Shown here: piece after piece, positions 1 to 9,425 of the stretch | How positions within the stretch are numbered: the stretch's first letter is position 1 | How the letters are laid out: every line of letters begins with the position of its first letter | Origin: Candidatus Nomurabacteria bacterium | GTDB lineage: Bacteria; Patescibacteriota; Minisyncoccia; Phycocordibacterales; UBA5272 | Direction of reading: 5' to 3' | NCBI GenBank assembly: GCA_040376695.1 | Contig: JBEIQD010000001.1 | Coordinates: 145,437 to 209,436, forward strand | DNA length: 64,000 bases | Notes under the pieces: generated by a model | Told to the model about the DNA's origin: nothing | What the model saw: the letters and a program-made list of their open reading frames with translations, nothing else | Database searches by the model: none | Translations under genes and position numbers: made by a program

Positions 1-250
1 AAAAGGTAAGTAATGCACTTGATCTCACAAAAGTCATGACAGCAAAGAAAAGGAGTGGTAATGCTACAACATACACCGATTTCTGTACTCTCTTTCCAAA
101 TGTCTTAGATAGCCCCCACCCTAGAATCAAAATGAGCGCAGCGAACAAGAAGAAATTGATCCCGAGATTCTGCTCGTAAAACAGTACGTTATGAATGATT
201 CCAAGAACGGCAGCACCTCCCACTAAAAGAAATAAGTCGTTTGTTTTCAT
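1..250 (-). CDS. Membrane protein, DUF4173/DUF4153-like, partial (runs off window)
   Basis: Hand-translated ORF from ATG 250: MKTNDLFLLVGGAAVLGIIHNVLFYEQNLGINFFLFAALIL..., multi-TM, open to window edge; family by resemblance only. Confidence 0.6.
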   Translation of the reverse strand, partial: MKTNDLFLLVGGAAVLGIIHNVLFYEQNLGINFFLFAALILILGWGLSKTFGKRVQKSVYVVALPLLFFAVMTFVRSSALLTF

Positions 251-256
251 AGATAT

Positions 257-448
257 TTAAGCGGAGGGCTTTTCCATTAATTTATCCTCAATCTTTCTCA
301 AAGATACTTCTATATTTTCCAGTGCGTCCACCACTCGATTCATTTTCCAATACCAAGTAAACAATTCTCGAATAATAAAGAAAAGTAAGGTGCCTCCAAA
401 AAACAATACGAAATCAGATTCTTGTGCAAGTTTGTCAATTATTTCCAT
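257..448 (-). CDS. Small single-TM protein with C-terminal coiled coil
   Basis: 63 aa, hydrophobic segment then RELFTWYWKMN and a heptad tail; TATAAT 7 nt upstream of ATG. Confidence 0.65.
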   Translation of the reverse strand: MEIIDKLAQESDFVLFFGGTLLFFIIRELFTWYWKMNRVVDALENIEVSLRKIEDKLMEKPSA

Positions 449-566
449 ATTGATAATTATAGCTTATCTTGGGTGTGAGCTCCATAATTTCTTGAACTGC
501 ATACAGTTCGTTGAAATTAGCAGTACTTTTAGGTGACGAAGTTAGAACCAATTTATTTTTAACTAG

Positions 567-3500
567 TTACTCTTCCTCAAAGGGATAAACAAAGTTTTGT
601 TTATAAACATTTTGGTTTTTCTTTAATATATCAGCGTGGTCTGGCCGATGAATATCATCAAGATTCTCTGGCCAGTATCTCCGTTCTCCCCAACTCACCA
701 AAACAAAAGTCTTTCCTGTTTTTTTCTGAATCTTTTCTAAAAGATCTTTTCGTAGGTAGAGTAGATTTTCATGAGTGCCGTACTGATCACCGCTGTTTAT
801 AGGAATTGCCATAATCTCTCCTTCTTCATTAGATAAATTAAAAGATGATGTCTTAAAATGTAGCTTATAGCTTTTACCTATTTTTTTACTCGGGATATAC
901 ATGCCGACCGAGTCATCATCTTTTCCAAGATAGAAATAATCTTTTGTTGCAAACCATCTAGCAATGCGCTGTATACGCACCTTCTCATAAATAGGCTCTG
1001 TTTTAAAAAGTGGAGGTTCTTCAACTTCTTTCACAATATGATTCTCTTTCTCGGGAAGAAAAGCATACACTAAACGAACACCGTACCAGCTCTTTTCTTC
1101 TTTTGTAAGCTTTCTTTGTTTTTCTCCTCTCTTAATCTTTATCTCTAATACTGGATCTGGAGTACTTTTCTCTCTCCAAAAAACTTCCCCTGCAAAGAGA
1201 CTTCTTATTTCTGATAAAGATGGAAGACTGTTATTACCAGGATAATCCTTAGTTGAAAAAAACTCATCTACTTTCTTAATATCATTTGGTTCCACCAAAA
1301 CCCCATGTAACCAAGTCATGATTTTTCGACTATTCGTAGTATCTTTTTCTCCTATTGTTCCTTCTACTAAAACCCAAGGTCCTTTAACATCATTAATTGT
1401 TTCCACTTTAAGATAATGGCTTATATTTGGCGGTTCATTTTGGATCATCCATTTCTTAATTTCTTTTGGTCCCGTAGTGAGTATTTTTGAGTGTAGATTC
1501 TTGGATATAGAAGATTGTGGAAAACTAACATCCAAGTCTATTGATTCTTCTCTACCATCTTCATTTACCCACCACTTCTCAAGCTGCCCTTTATCAAGCC
1601 TTATACCCATGATTTCTCGATACGCAATAAGGGAATATTTTTCACCGTACCGTTCTATTTTTCCAACGTAACTGTGGTGTCGATCATACCTACTATCTCT
1701 CTCTATATATTTATCAATATCTCCAAATTTCTTTAAAGAGTAACCCAATTCATAGAGTCGCCACATTATATTTTCTTTAAGCTTAATATAGTTTTTGTCT
1801 CTATCATCATAAGCGCGACTACCCACTAAGTGTCTTAATGTATCTTTTTCAAATTCCCACCCCAGCGGGGCGTTCCCCTCGCGATATAGACCTTCATCTT
1901 TATCTTGACTTCGCCCCCAGCGACGAATACCACCATCCAAGTAAGGTGGTCTGATTCTTTTTATTTCTGAATCTGAAAATAAACTTTTATTATTATATAA
2001 ACCTACTTCAATAACGCCTCGAGCGTAGTCTCTAATAAAAACATTAGAGGAGCTTAGTTTTGCATGTTTTTTAAAAAAAAGAGCGTAGATATTTTTAGTG
2101 TGAGGATACAATGCTTTTGATATTAACTTTTTATCTAGATCGTTTAACGCCATTGCTATCCCGTAATCAACAGCCAATAATCTTTCCTGAATATAAGGAT
2201 CATTAACTTCAATAGCGTTCTCTAGAAACTCTATAAACTTTTCTGGATTAACTTTCCCGACGATATAAAGGCACCTCGTGGCTCTATTTCGTAGTAACTT
2301 GACGTTACTACTCAACACCCATTTCAAAACCTGCATTACACAAACTGCTTGCTCATCGCCCATTTGCGGAAGTTTTTGATTTTCAATCCAGGAAATTAGT
2401 TTATAAATACTGCCTGAACCATACTGCTTTCTAAGATACTCTGACCACAGCAAGTCTCTGCTTGTTAATGTGAGTCCATTTAAATACTTATTAAGTCGTT
2501 CTGCATTTAAAGGATGGAAAGGTTTAGTTGCCGTCGAGACAAAAAGATCAAGCAATTCTCTGTAAGAATTATCATACTTAAAAAGTGTTTTATTTATATA
2601 ATTAAGAATAGAACTTTTTATTTCCCTTTTATCATTTAAGAAATTCTCTGGTTTTCTCCAATATAAACTTTGAATAAAAGCAGATCTTATTTGTGGGTGG
2701 TATTTAAGCTCTTTAGGTAAGTAGTTAATCAAATCTTTTTCATGTAGAGACCTATTATTTTTTACGCTTTCAGGAAACTCAACCATCAAAGCTTCGACTA
2801 AATCTATATTTATTAAAATAGTACGCTCATCTTTAAATAAATCCCCCAAAGGAGTAGAGGCTTTTAGGCTCGATTTTACCTTTTTACTGTTAAAAAAATT
2901 TTTATCATAAAGTAAATTTCTTGCGATTATATGATCACTAAACTTGTGGAAAGAAAATTTTAAAACATCATAATACTTCTTTGCTTTATCATCCCAAGCA
3001 GCATCTCTAATTAGCACCCCTTCCTCTATTAGTATTTTCAATACTTTCAAACATGTTGTTAGGGTATATTTTCCTTCAGAAAGATCTCTAATGACTCCTA
3101 GGACTTCACTCTCTATAAGAAACCTCCTACCATTGCTTGCCATAAGTTTAGCTATCATTTTTACCAAACAATCATTTCCAGACTTATTCCAAATCCAAGA
3201 ATGTTTTATTAAAGCCTTGTACTTTGAAGAGTGTTTTTTAATTATCCATTCTTCTTTTGTAATATAAAAATCTTCTAGAATTTTTGTCATTCCAACTTGC
3301 CCTAAGGCAAGATCTCTAATACCTTTTGTAACTTTTGCTTTACCTCCTTTTATATCCTTTGCAGTTCTACAAAAGCAACTTAAAAATAAAGGGCTACTAA
3401 ATTCTGATATTAACAATGGAACCTGAGGAAGAGTGAGTCCATAGAAATTAAAAAAGGCGGTCATTGCTTCAAGTTCGTTATCTTGGAATCCTTGGTGATA

Positions 3501-4499
3501 TTCTGTTGTTATTTTTAATCTTTTAGGTAGATAGAGAAATTGAAAGGGAACTCTGCATGTCATAACTATGCCAACCCAGGGATATTTCTTGGCTTCTCTA
3601 ATTAAATATCGAACCCCCGCTTTCCAGCCTTTCCTGTCAGCTTCATTTATAGCATCAATAATTATCAAAGATCTTCTGTTTGCTTTTTGCCCTAGATCAT
3701 TTAACTCTTGTAAAATTCCATTTTTTGTTCCTTTTATAGAGGTAGCTTTAAAGACCGCTTCGATGGAATCGTTAATTTCTAACAACTTCTCTCCTAAAAC
3801 AATAATAGTTGGTGGAAGATTCTCATCTAAACGCTGCTTTGATATATCACAAACTAAATGAGTTTTGCCCATTCCTGCTTGACCTAATATAAGTAAAAAA
3901 GGATCATTCATAAGTTGAGCCTTATGACTTTTTGCAAAATAATCCAACTTGCGTATAGAGCTTTCAAATTCCCTTAAAGTACTTTCCAGGCTTTTCAGTT
4001 CTCGTAACTCTTCTGAAGAACTGTGCCCAAAATATTCTCTTCCTTCGACTTTTGCTTTTTCTCTTTGTGCATCATTTTCCTTACTTTCAAAATCCCACAC
4101 ATAGTGCTGAATTGGAGAAAAATATTTATATAATTTTTCTGAAGCTTGTATAACAGATTTTAAATTGAGTTCCTCAGCCTGATCTTGAGCAAATTTTTCC
4201 GCTATTTCTAGATAACTTTCTCCTAATTTTTGGATCTTTCTTAAATTCTTCCTTACTGTTGTATCTTTATACTTTAACGGATTTAAATATCCTAATCTTT
4301 TATGAGATTCTCGTAGGCTTTTCCTATAACCCTCGATCTCTTTGAAGACCTTTTCTGTTCTTCCTATACCGTCAAAAACATCTTTTATTGGCAGTTCAAC
4401 GTTAATATCGCTAGTGTACCTAGGTCCAGCTGCATCCTTGGCTTCTCTCCAGATTCTTTTTTGGTCTATTTGGATTTTGGGAGTTTTTTTTACGCTCAT
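567..4499 (-). CDS. AVAST type 2 (Avs2)-like antiviral STAND NTPase, apparently without N-terminal effector domain
   Basis: 1310 aa; Walker A GQAGMGKT, Walker B IIIDAINE; Avs2-like motifs GPRYTSDINVELPI, HPLNAERL..RDLLWSEYL, VNDPYIQERL, RDYARGVIE, IERYGEKY; AT-rich. Confidence 0.75.
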   Translation of the reverse strand: MSVKKTPKIQIDQKRIWREAKDAAGPRYTSDINVELPIKDVFDGIGRTEKVFKEIEGYRKSLRESHKRLGYLNPLKYKDTTVRKNLRKIQKLGESYLEIAEKFAQDQAEELNLKSVIQASEKLYKYFSPIQHYVWDFESKENDAQREKAKVEGREYFGHSSSEELRELKSLESTLREFESSIRKLDYFAKSHKAQLMNDPFLLILGQAGMGKTHLVCDISKQRLDENLPPTIIVLGEKLLEINDSIEAVFKATSIKGTKNGILQELNDLGQKANRRSLIIIDAINEADRKGWKAGVRYLIREAKKYPWVGIVMTCRVPFQFLYLPKRLKITTEYHQGFQDNELEAMTAFFNFYGLTLPQVPLLISEFSSPLFLSCFCRTAKDIKGGKAKVTKGIRDLALGQVGMTKILEDFYITKEEWIIKKHSSKYKALIKHSWIWNKSGNDCLVKMIAKLMASNGRRFLIESEVLGVIRDLSEGKYTLTTCLKVLKILIEEGVLIRDAAWDDKAKKYYDVLKFSFHKFSDHIIARNLLYDKNFFNSKKVKSSLKASTPLGDLFKDERTILINIDLVEALMVEFPESVKNNRSLHEKDLINYLPKELKYHPQIRSAFIQSLYWRKPENFLNDKREIKSSILNYINKTLFKYDNSYRELLDLFVSTATKPFHPLNAERLNKYLNGLTLTSRDLLWSEYLRKQYGSGSIYKLISWIENQKLPQMGDEQAVCVMQVLKWVLSSNVKLLRNRATRCLYIVGKVNPEKFIEFLENAIEVNDPYIQERLLAVDYGIAMALNDLDKKLISKALYPHTKNIYALFFKKHAKLSSSNVFIRDYARGVIEVGLYNNKSLFSDSEIKRIRPPYLDGGIRRWGRSQDKDEGLYREGNAPLGWEFEKDTLRHLVGSRAYDDRDKNYIKLKENIMWRLYELGYSLKKFGDIDKYIERDSRYDRHHSYVGKIERYGEKYSLIAYREIMGIRLDKGQLEKWWVNEDGREESIDLDVSFPQSSISKNLHSKILTTGPKEIKKWMIQNEPPNISHYLKVETINDVKGPWVLVEGTIGEKDTTNSRKIMTWLHGVLVEPNDIKKVDEFFSTKDYPGNNSLPSLSEIRSLFAGEVFWREKSTPDPVLEIKIKRGEKQRKLTKEEKSWYGVRLVYAFLPEKENHIVKEVEEPPLFKTEPIYEKVRIQRIARWFATKDYFYLGKDDDSVGMYIPSKKIGKSYKLHFKTSSFNLSNEEGEIMAIPINSGDQYGTHENLLYLRKDLLEKIQKKTGKTFVLVSWGERRYWPENLDDIHRPDHADILKKNQNVYKQNFVYPFEEE

Positions 4500-4641
4500 T
4501 AGTCAACAGTATACTCTTTTTGTCTACCTAACAAGATTATAAATCAAGAATCATATCCAGCGTTTCTGAGTTTTGTGAGTATAAGCATTTTTAACTCTAA
4601 CAAGTCATATTTCAGTGCCAGCAAGAACACCATTAACAAAC

Positions 4642-5049
4642 TCATTTCTTTCTATGCGGAAATTTTACTGTTGCAGCCAAATACAAAAGCATTGACGATA
4701 GTAGAATTACTGGCAACATCATGATTCCCCAAAAACCTACCGTTAAACCCATACGAAACAAACCAGCAACATTTACCGGGTTAAATGCCAAAATAAGGAT
4801 TACGGGGATAAACATTAAAATATTTACCCCGATAATTCCGTTTAGAACTTTTTCCATTCTCTCAGAAAAAGCAGGATCAACATATTCTATGTACAGGTAG
4901 CTGGCAATTAAAACAGTGATAGTGAGGCCCCACTTTAAAATAATATTATTAGCTCCACTTGTTTCCTTATCAAAAACAGCTTGCATGATTATAGGAAAGA
5001 ACAGTGAAAGACCTATAAGAAACTGCAGCCTACTTTCTAGTTTTTTCAT
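4642..5049 (-). CDS. Hypothetical 4-TM membrane protein
   Basis: 135 aa, four hydrophobic segments; starts 2 nt past the tRNA-Gln discriminator. Confidence 0.65.
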   Translation of the reverse strand: MKKLESRLQFLIGLSLFFPIIMQAVFDKETSGANNIILKWGLTITVLIASYLYIEYVDPAFSERMEKVLNGIIGVNILMFIPVILILAFNPVNVAGLFRMGLTVGFWGIMMLPVILLSSMLLYLAATVKFPHRKK

Positions 5050-5051
5050 TG

Positions 5052-5122
5052 CTGGGGAACAGGGACTCGAACCCCAATACCATCCTCCAGAGGGATGTGT
5101 CCTACCATTAGACGATTCCCCA
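5052..5122 (-). tRNA. tRNA-Gln(CTG)
   Basis: TGGGGAATCGTCTAATGGTAGGAC...CATCC-CTCTGGA-GGATG...GTTCGAGTCCCTGTTCCCCAG cloverleaf. Confidence 0.95.
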
Positions 5123-5208
5123 TACTATTGTGCGATTTACTCGACACAAAATTGATTTTAAAACCTTCAAAATCAGTGCAAATATACTACCACATTTTGA
5201 CGACTCTA

Positions 5209-6864
5209 TCAAAGAGTGGCACGGACCAAACGTATTTGGTGAAAGGTATATTTTCCACCGAGCTCGTCAAAGACTGGAGTGAGTTTTGTGGTCTCCAAAG
5301 TCTTGAAAGCTTTCTTGATAGCGGTCACGTCTTTTTTCGGAGGTAACACCTTATCTAACACCACTTCTTCTTTCATTTCTACTAACTTCTCAATGTGTCC
5401 GATAATGGTGTCTACGGAGAGATTTCTTTGCTCGGCGATTTCAGCAAGTGTGAGTCCGATCTTTAACATCTCTTGCGTCACTGTATGTGTGAGCGTCTTT
5501 TCTTGAATCTCATCTGCTTCAGCATCACTTAATTCTACAAGTGTTCCCCCTTTCTCGGTGAGGAACTTTTCATGCAGCACTTTCAAATCATTTTCATTGT
5601 ATTTATCAAGCGCATATTCTGCCTGTTCACTCTTGTTACGGAACGTATAATCCGCTTCTCGAACCTCTTCTGAAATCTGAAGAGCTTGTGGATTGAACCC
5701 GACCAAGTGGAGCCCTTCCATGCTCTTTAATCGAGAAAGAGCAACATATCCCTGTCCTGAAGCAAACGCACGACTGAGGTCAATTTGAGCCCTATCAAGG
5801 GTCATTCCTTGGCTCTTGTGGACGGTGATAGCCCAGGCTAATTTAATAGGTAATTGGGATATCTCGGCTTTTACTTTTCCGTCTTCTTCCACGCGCCAGG
5901 TATCAGCTTTCATAACCACTCGTTTCCCTGTTTGAAGTGCGATCACAGGACTATTATCTTTCTCAAAATCAACCACAATTCCCATAGAACCATTCACATA
6001 CTTTCGCTCAGCATCGTTTTTGATACAAATTACTTTCGCTCCAATTTTAAGTTCCAATATTTCATCCGCCAAACAGTTGTTCTTAAGCGATGCAAGTACG
6101 GGACCTTTTCCTTTTGTTACCATGTCGAATCTCTTTACTTCCCCCTCAAGTGCGTCAAAGGCTTTCTTGTTAATCAAATCTACATTCTCATTGTGCGTGT
6201 AGAGTTTTATATGATCATCTGTATGCGGCGTGTTACTTGATTCTTTAAGGGTGAGATAGTGATCCTCTTCCACTTCACCAGAACGAATTGCATTTAAAAT
6301 ATTGGTGAGCGTATCATCTTCTTGTCGGAACTGTTCAGTTAAATAGCACACAACAGGCTTGGCTTCTTTCCACGCTTTTGACATGAATGCGAACACGTCT
6401 GTACTTTCGTATTCATTTCCATTTCGTACCACTGGTGGAAGCTGAAAGAAGTCTCCAGTGAACACAACTTGTAATCCACCGAACGGTTTATCGCTTCGAC
6501 GTAGATGTTTCCCTGCTTTGTCCAACATATCTACAAGCGAAGCGTGAAGCATAGAAATTTCATCAATGATAAGCACTTGAGTATCATTCCACCTCTTGTA
6601 TACATTTGCTTTCTCTTCTAATTCATCAAGATCATACGCTGTGAGCTTTTGTTTAATACCAAGACCACTCCACGCATGAATGGTTGTTCCACCGATATGG
6701 GTAGAGGCAATACCGGTTGAAGCGGTAACTGCGAATTTAATACCATGCTTACGCAGGTAGGTAATGTATTCACGGAGAGCGTAACTTTTACCAGCTCCCG
6801 CCGCACCAGTGAGAAATACCGTGTGTCCTAGTTTAAGAATATCGAGAGCGGTCTTCTGCGTCAT
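5209..6864 (-). CDS. PIF1/RecD-like SF1B DNA helicase with C-terminal HTH
   Basis: GAAGAGKS, IIDEISM, GDFFQLPPV, AWAITVHKSQGMT, YVALSR; C-terminal LAEIAEQRNLSVDTIIGH HTH. Confidence 0.9.
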   Translation of the reverse strand: MTQKTALDILKLGHTVFLTGAAGAGKSYALREYITYLRKHGIKFAVTASTGIASTHIGGTTIHAWSGLGIKQKLTAYDLDELEEKANVYKRWNDTQVLIIDEISMLHASLVDMLDKAGKHLRRSDKPFGGLQVVFTGDFFQLPPVVRNGNEYESTDVFAFMSKAWKEAKPVVCYLTEQFRQEDDTLTNILNAIRSGEVEEDHYLTLKESSNTPHTDDHIKLYTHNENVDLINKKAFDALEGEVKRFDMVTKGKGPVLASLKNNCLADEILELKIGAKVICIKNDAERKYVNGSMGIVVDFEKDNSPVIALQTGKRVVMKADTWRVEEDGKVKAEISQLPIKLAWAITVHKSQGMTLDRAQIDLSRAFASGQGYVALSRLKSMEGLHLVGFNPQALQISEEVREADYTFRNKSEQAEYALDKYNENDLKVLHEKFLTEKGGTLVELSDAEADEIQEKTLTHTVTQEMLKIGLTLAEIAEQRNLSVDTIIGHIEKLVEMKEEVVLDKVLPPKKDVTAIKKAFKTLETTKLTPVFDELGGKYTFHQIRLVRATL

Positions 6865-7020
6865 GAGAAGTACAGTATACCTCAGGTTAGTAAGGACGAC
6901 TGTTGATAGTAGAACAATTGTTCTACTTACGAGTATTTTGAAAATATACCTATATATGCAAGGATGTAGCCAGTCAAGAAAACCTAATAACCTAGCTCAT
7001 TACAAAAAGGAAATCACCTA

Positions 7021-7701
7021 ATGCCCTCCAACCCCACACTTCCGGTCATTATCCTTGACCTGAATGGGTGCGAGGTACGACTGGATAATAAACAGATCAT
7101 TCTCTACGGCACATACAAGTGCAAAGATTCGATGGACTTGTATACGCCCTGTCACCCTGAAGGAATTCCAAAAGAAAATGATGAACATGCATTTGCGCAG
7201 CTATATCGCACCTTCAAGTCTTTGGTTAATGAAAAGGTGCTCATGGGACCTTTCCCTATAGATAGGTTTCTCACCTATGACTTTTTCTGGTATTTCATGC
7301 GTATTCCACCCAAGGAACTGCTTTTGAAACTTCAAGACGCTGGCGTAAGAATCAGCGTGATAAGAATCATGAACAATAAAAATATTGAAAGCATCGAGAA
7401 GGCGCTTGAAGATTTTAGTCCTTGGATGAATGGAATCGTTCATGTAAGCTCAGGATCACTTGATGAAGAACTCACAAGAACTTTTCCCCTGCAACCTGCT
7501 CCAAGCACTCACATGATGCACATGGCTCTCTATGTTCTTCACAAGGTCCTCATACTCATAGGATTAGGTTTTGCTCTCCAGTGGGTGTTTGAACTTTATT
7601 TCTACTTAGGACTCATTCTGGGTGTCATCTATGTTCATTGGGGTTACCAATTTGCAAAGACATTCAGGCGTTCTCCTGTTGAGAAAACCACACTAAACTA
7701 A
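7021..7701 (+). CDS. Orphan protein with two C-terminal TM helices
   Basis: 226 aa, AAGGA SD-like site, ends at a terminator; no recognisable motif. Confidence 0.65.
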   Translation: MPSNPTLPVIILDLNGCEVRLDNKQIILYGTYKCKDSMDLYTPCHPEGIPKENDEHAFAQLYRTFKSLVNEKVLMGPFPIDRFLTYDFFWYFMRIPPKELLLKLQDAGVRISVIRIMNNKNIESIEKALEDFSPWMNGIVHVSSGSLDEELTRTFPLQPAPSTHMMHMALYVLHKVLILIGLGFALQWVFELYFYLGLILGVIYVHWGYQFAKTFRRSPVEKTTLN

Positions 7702-7727
7702 AAGCCGTACAGTACTGTACGGCTTTT
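7700..7727. terminator. Bidirectional terminator (perfect 28-bp palindrome)
   Basis: AAAAGCCGTACAGTACTGTACGGCTTTT between convergent genes. Confidence 0.85.
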
Positions 7728-7739
7728 ATCATTCTTGTT

Positions 7740-8669
7740 TTATATCTTCAAATACTTTCGAACCGCGAGAAGTGATGATACCACTGCCAGCACCACACCA
7801 GCGAGAAGGAGGAGTCCTGCGAGCTGGAAGAAGTGAGAAAGGAAGTATGCGTTAATGTTCATCCCTTCAAAGAAGAACACTGTTTTCTTTGTCACCCAAA
7901 TAGTTGCTGGGTAGAACATCGCAAGCGTGATAATCGTAGCTGAGAGAGCATACAGTATCGCTTCCACAATAAACGGACCACGGATAAACATGTTTGATGC
8001 TCCTACGAGCTTCATGACCGCGATTTCATCTCGGTACACGAAGATGGCCAATCGGATAGTGTTGTACACAATCATACAACTCATAAGGATAAATATCATC
8101 GAGAGCCAGAATCCAACCGTGTTTGTCCAACCGATAATGTTGTTGAGCTTATCGATACTATCTTTCAACTGATAATAGTTGATCTTATCAACTGATCCGG
8201 AAGCGCCCCCGAGCAGCCCTGAATCTGGTGAGGAAACTTGTTCAGCAATTGCTTGATACTGAGATGTATCTTTAGCGACCACTGAGAGTGAGGCCCCGAA
8301 CGGGTTTGTTCCTAGTTCATCAAGCGCTTGAATAGTAAGCTGATCCCCTATATGTTTTTCACGGAATTCAGTAAGCGCTTGGTCACGAGAGGTATAGGTC
8401 ACTGACTTTACCTGAGGAAGCCCCATCAAACGGGCTTTCACATCCCCTATTTGTTCCTCGGTTGCATCAGTAGTGAAGTAAATACGCACGTCCACCTTCT
8501 CTGTTACTTGGTCGAGTGTATACGCAAAGATTGCATGGAAAAGATAAAACGCTGTAATAATCGAAAGCGTAATCGTAAGAATAAAGATAGAAGAAAGAGA
8601 AACAGTACGGTTACGGTAAAACCCGCGGAGGCCTGCTGTTACTATTCGTCGTGTAAGGGTTGTTTTCAT
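7740..8669 (-). CDS. ftsX: Cell division permease FtsX
   Basis: NTIRLAIFVYRDEIAVMKLVGAS..FIRGPFIVE; directly downstream of ftsE. Confidence 0.92.
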   Translation of the reverse strand: MKTTLTRRIVTAGLRGFYRNRTVSLSSIFILTITLSIITAFYLFHAIFAYTLDQVTEKVDVRIYFTTDATEEQIGDVKARLMGLPQVKSVTYTSRDQALTEFREKHIGDQLTIQALDELGTNPFGASLSVVAKDTSQYQAIAEQVSSPDSGLLGGASGSVDKINYYQLKDSIDKLNNIIGWTNTVGFWLSMIFILMSCMIVYNTIRLAIFVYRDEIAVMKLVGASNMFIRGPFIVEAILYALSATIITLAMFYPATIWVTKKTVFFFEGMNINAYFLSHFFQLAGLLLLAGVVLAVVSSLLAVRKYLKI

Positions 8670-8683
8670 AAAAAAATAAAGAG

Positions 8684-9364
8684 CTACATTGTAAACTTTC
8701 CAGACTTCTGATCTCGAGTCACTCGTCCATCTTCCATCGTAATCACGCGACGTCCAAGGTTATCTACGATTCCCTTGTTGTGAGTAGTAAGAATCACTGT
8801 CGTACCTAAATCATTAATCTTCTTCAAAATCTGAACGATATCGTACGTGTTAAGAGGATCCAAGTTTCCTGTTGGTTCATCCGCGATAATAATTTCAGGA
8901 CGATTAATAATCGCGCGAGCAATAGCAACACGCTGCTGTTCACCTCCAGAGAGCTGGTGTGGGAAATGATGCATCTTGTCTTTCAAATCAACAAGGTCGA
9001 GTACGTGTGGTACGTCTTCCATAATATCCTCGTCATGCTTTCCTGCTGCTTCCATAGCAAACGCAACGTTCTCGTACGCTGTCTTATTAGGGATAAGACG
9101 AAAATCCTGGAACACCACACCAACCTTTCGGCGGTAACTTGTCATTCCATTTCCTTTTAGCTTATGAATGTCTTCAGAGTGAAAAGAAACCTTACCTTCT
9201 GTTGGATGTTCTTCAGCTAAAAGAAGTTTGATGAGTGTTGTTTTACCAGCACCTGAGTGGCCTACAATTGATACGAGTTCACCTGGGTGAATTGTGAGGG
9301 AAATATCTTCAAGAACTTTATTTCCGTTGTCATATTCCTTTGAAACTTTGTCGAAGTAGAGCAT
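8684..9364 (-). CDS. ftsE: Cell division ATP-binding protein FtsE
   Basis: [41 protein letters not shown]. Confidence 0.93.
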   Translation of the reverse strand: MLYFDKVSKEYDNGNKVLEDISLTIHPGELVSIVGHSGAGKTTLIKLLLAEEHPTEGKVSFHSEDIHKLKGNGMTSYRRKVGVVFQDFRLIPNKTAYENVAFAMEAAGKHDEDIMEDVPHVLDLVDLKDKMHHFPHQLSGGEQQRVAIARAIINRPEIIIADEPTGNLDPLNTYDIVQILKKINDLGTTVILTTHNKGIVDNLGRRVITMEDGRVTRDQKSGKFTM

Positions 9365-9425
9365 ATATTTATTGTATCACACTCAGTATTACACCTTGTG
9401 TACAAAGATTATTTCATCTTTTGCC

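Larger units (their letters stand above)
257..5051. mobile_element. Putative AT-rich defence islet at the tRNA-Gln 3' end
   Basis: Visibly lower GC than flanking core genes, abuts a tRNA 3' end, carries a defence NTPase; no integrase or att duplication seen in the window. Confidence 0.5.

Noticed and set aside
481-566. Possible recombinase C-terminal remnant or att scar (reads ...GDEVRT... on the + strand)
   Set aside because: Too short, no start codon, and no match to the tRNA-Gln 3' end
4501-4640. TGA read-through (code 25) extending the Avs2-like ORF upstream
   Set aside because: RF2 is present and genes such as leuS end in TGA, so code 11 applies
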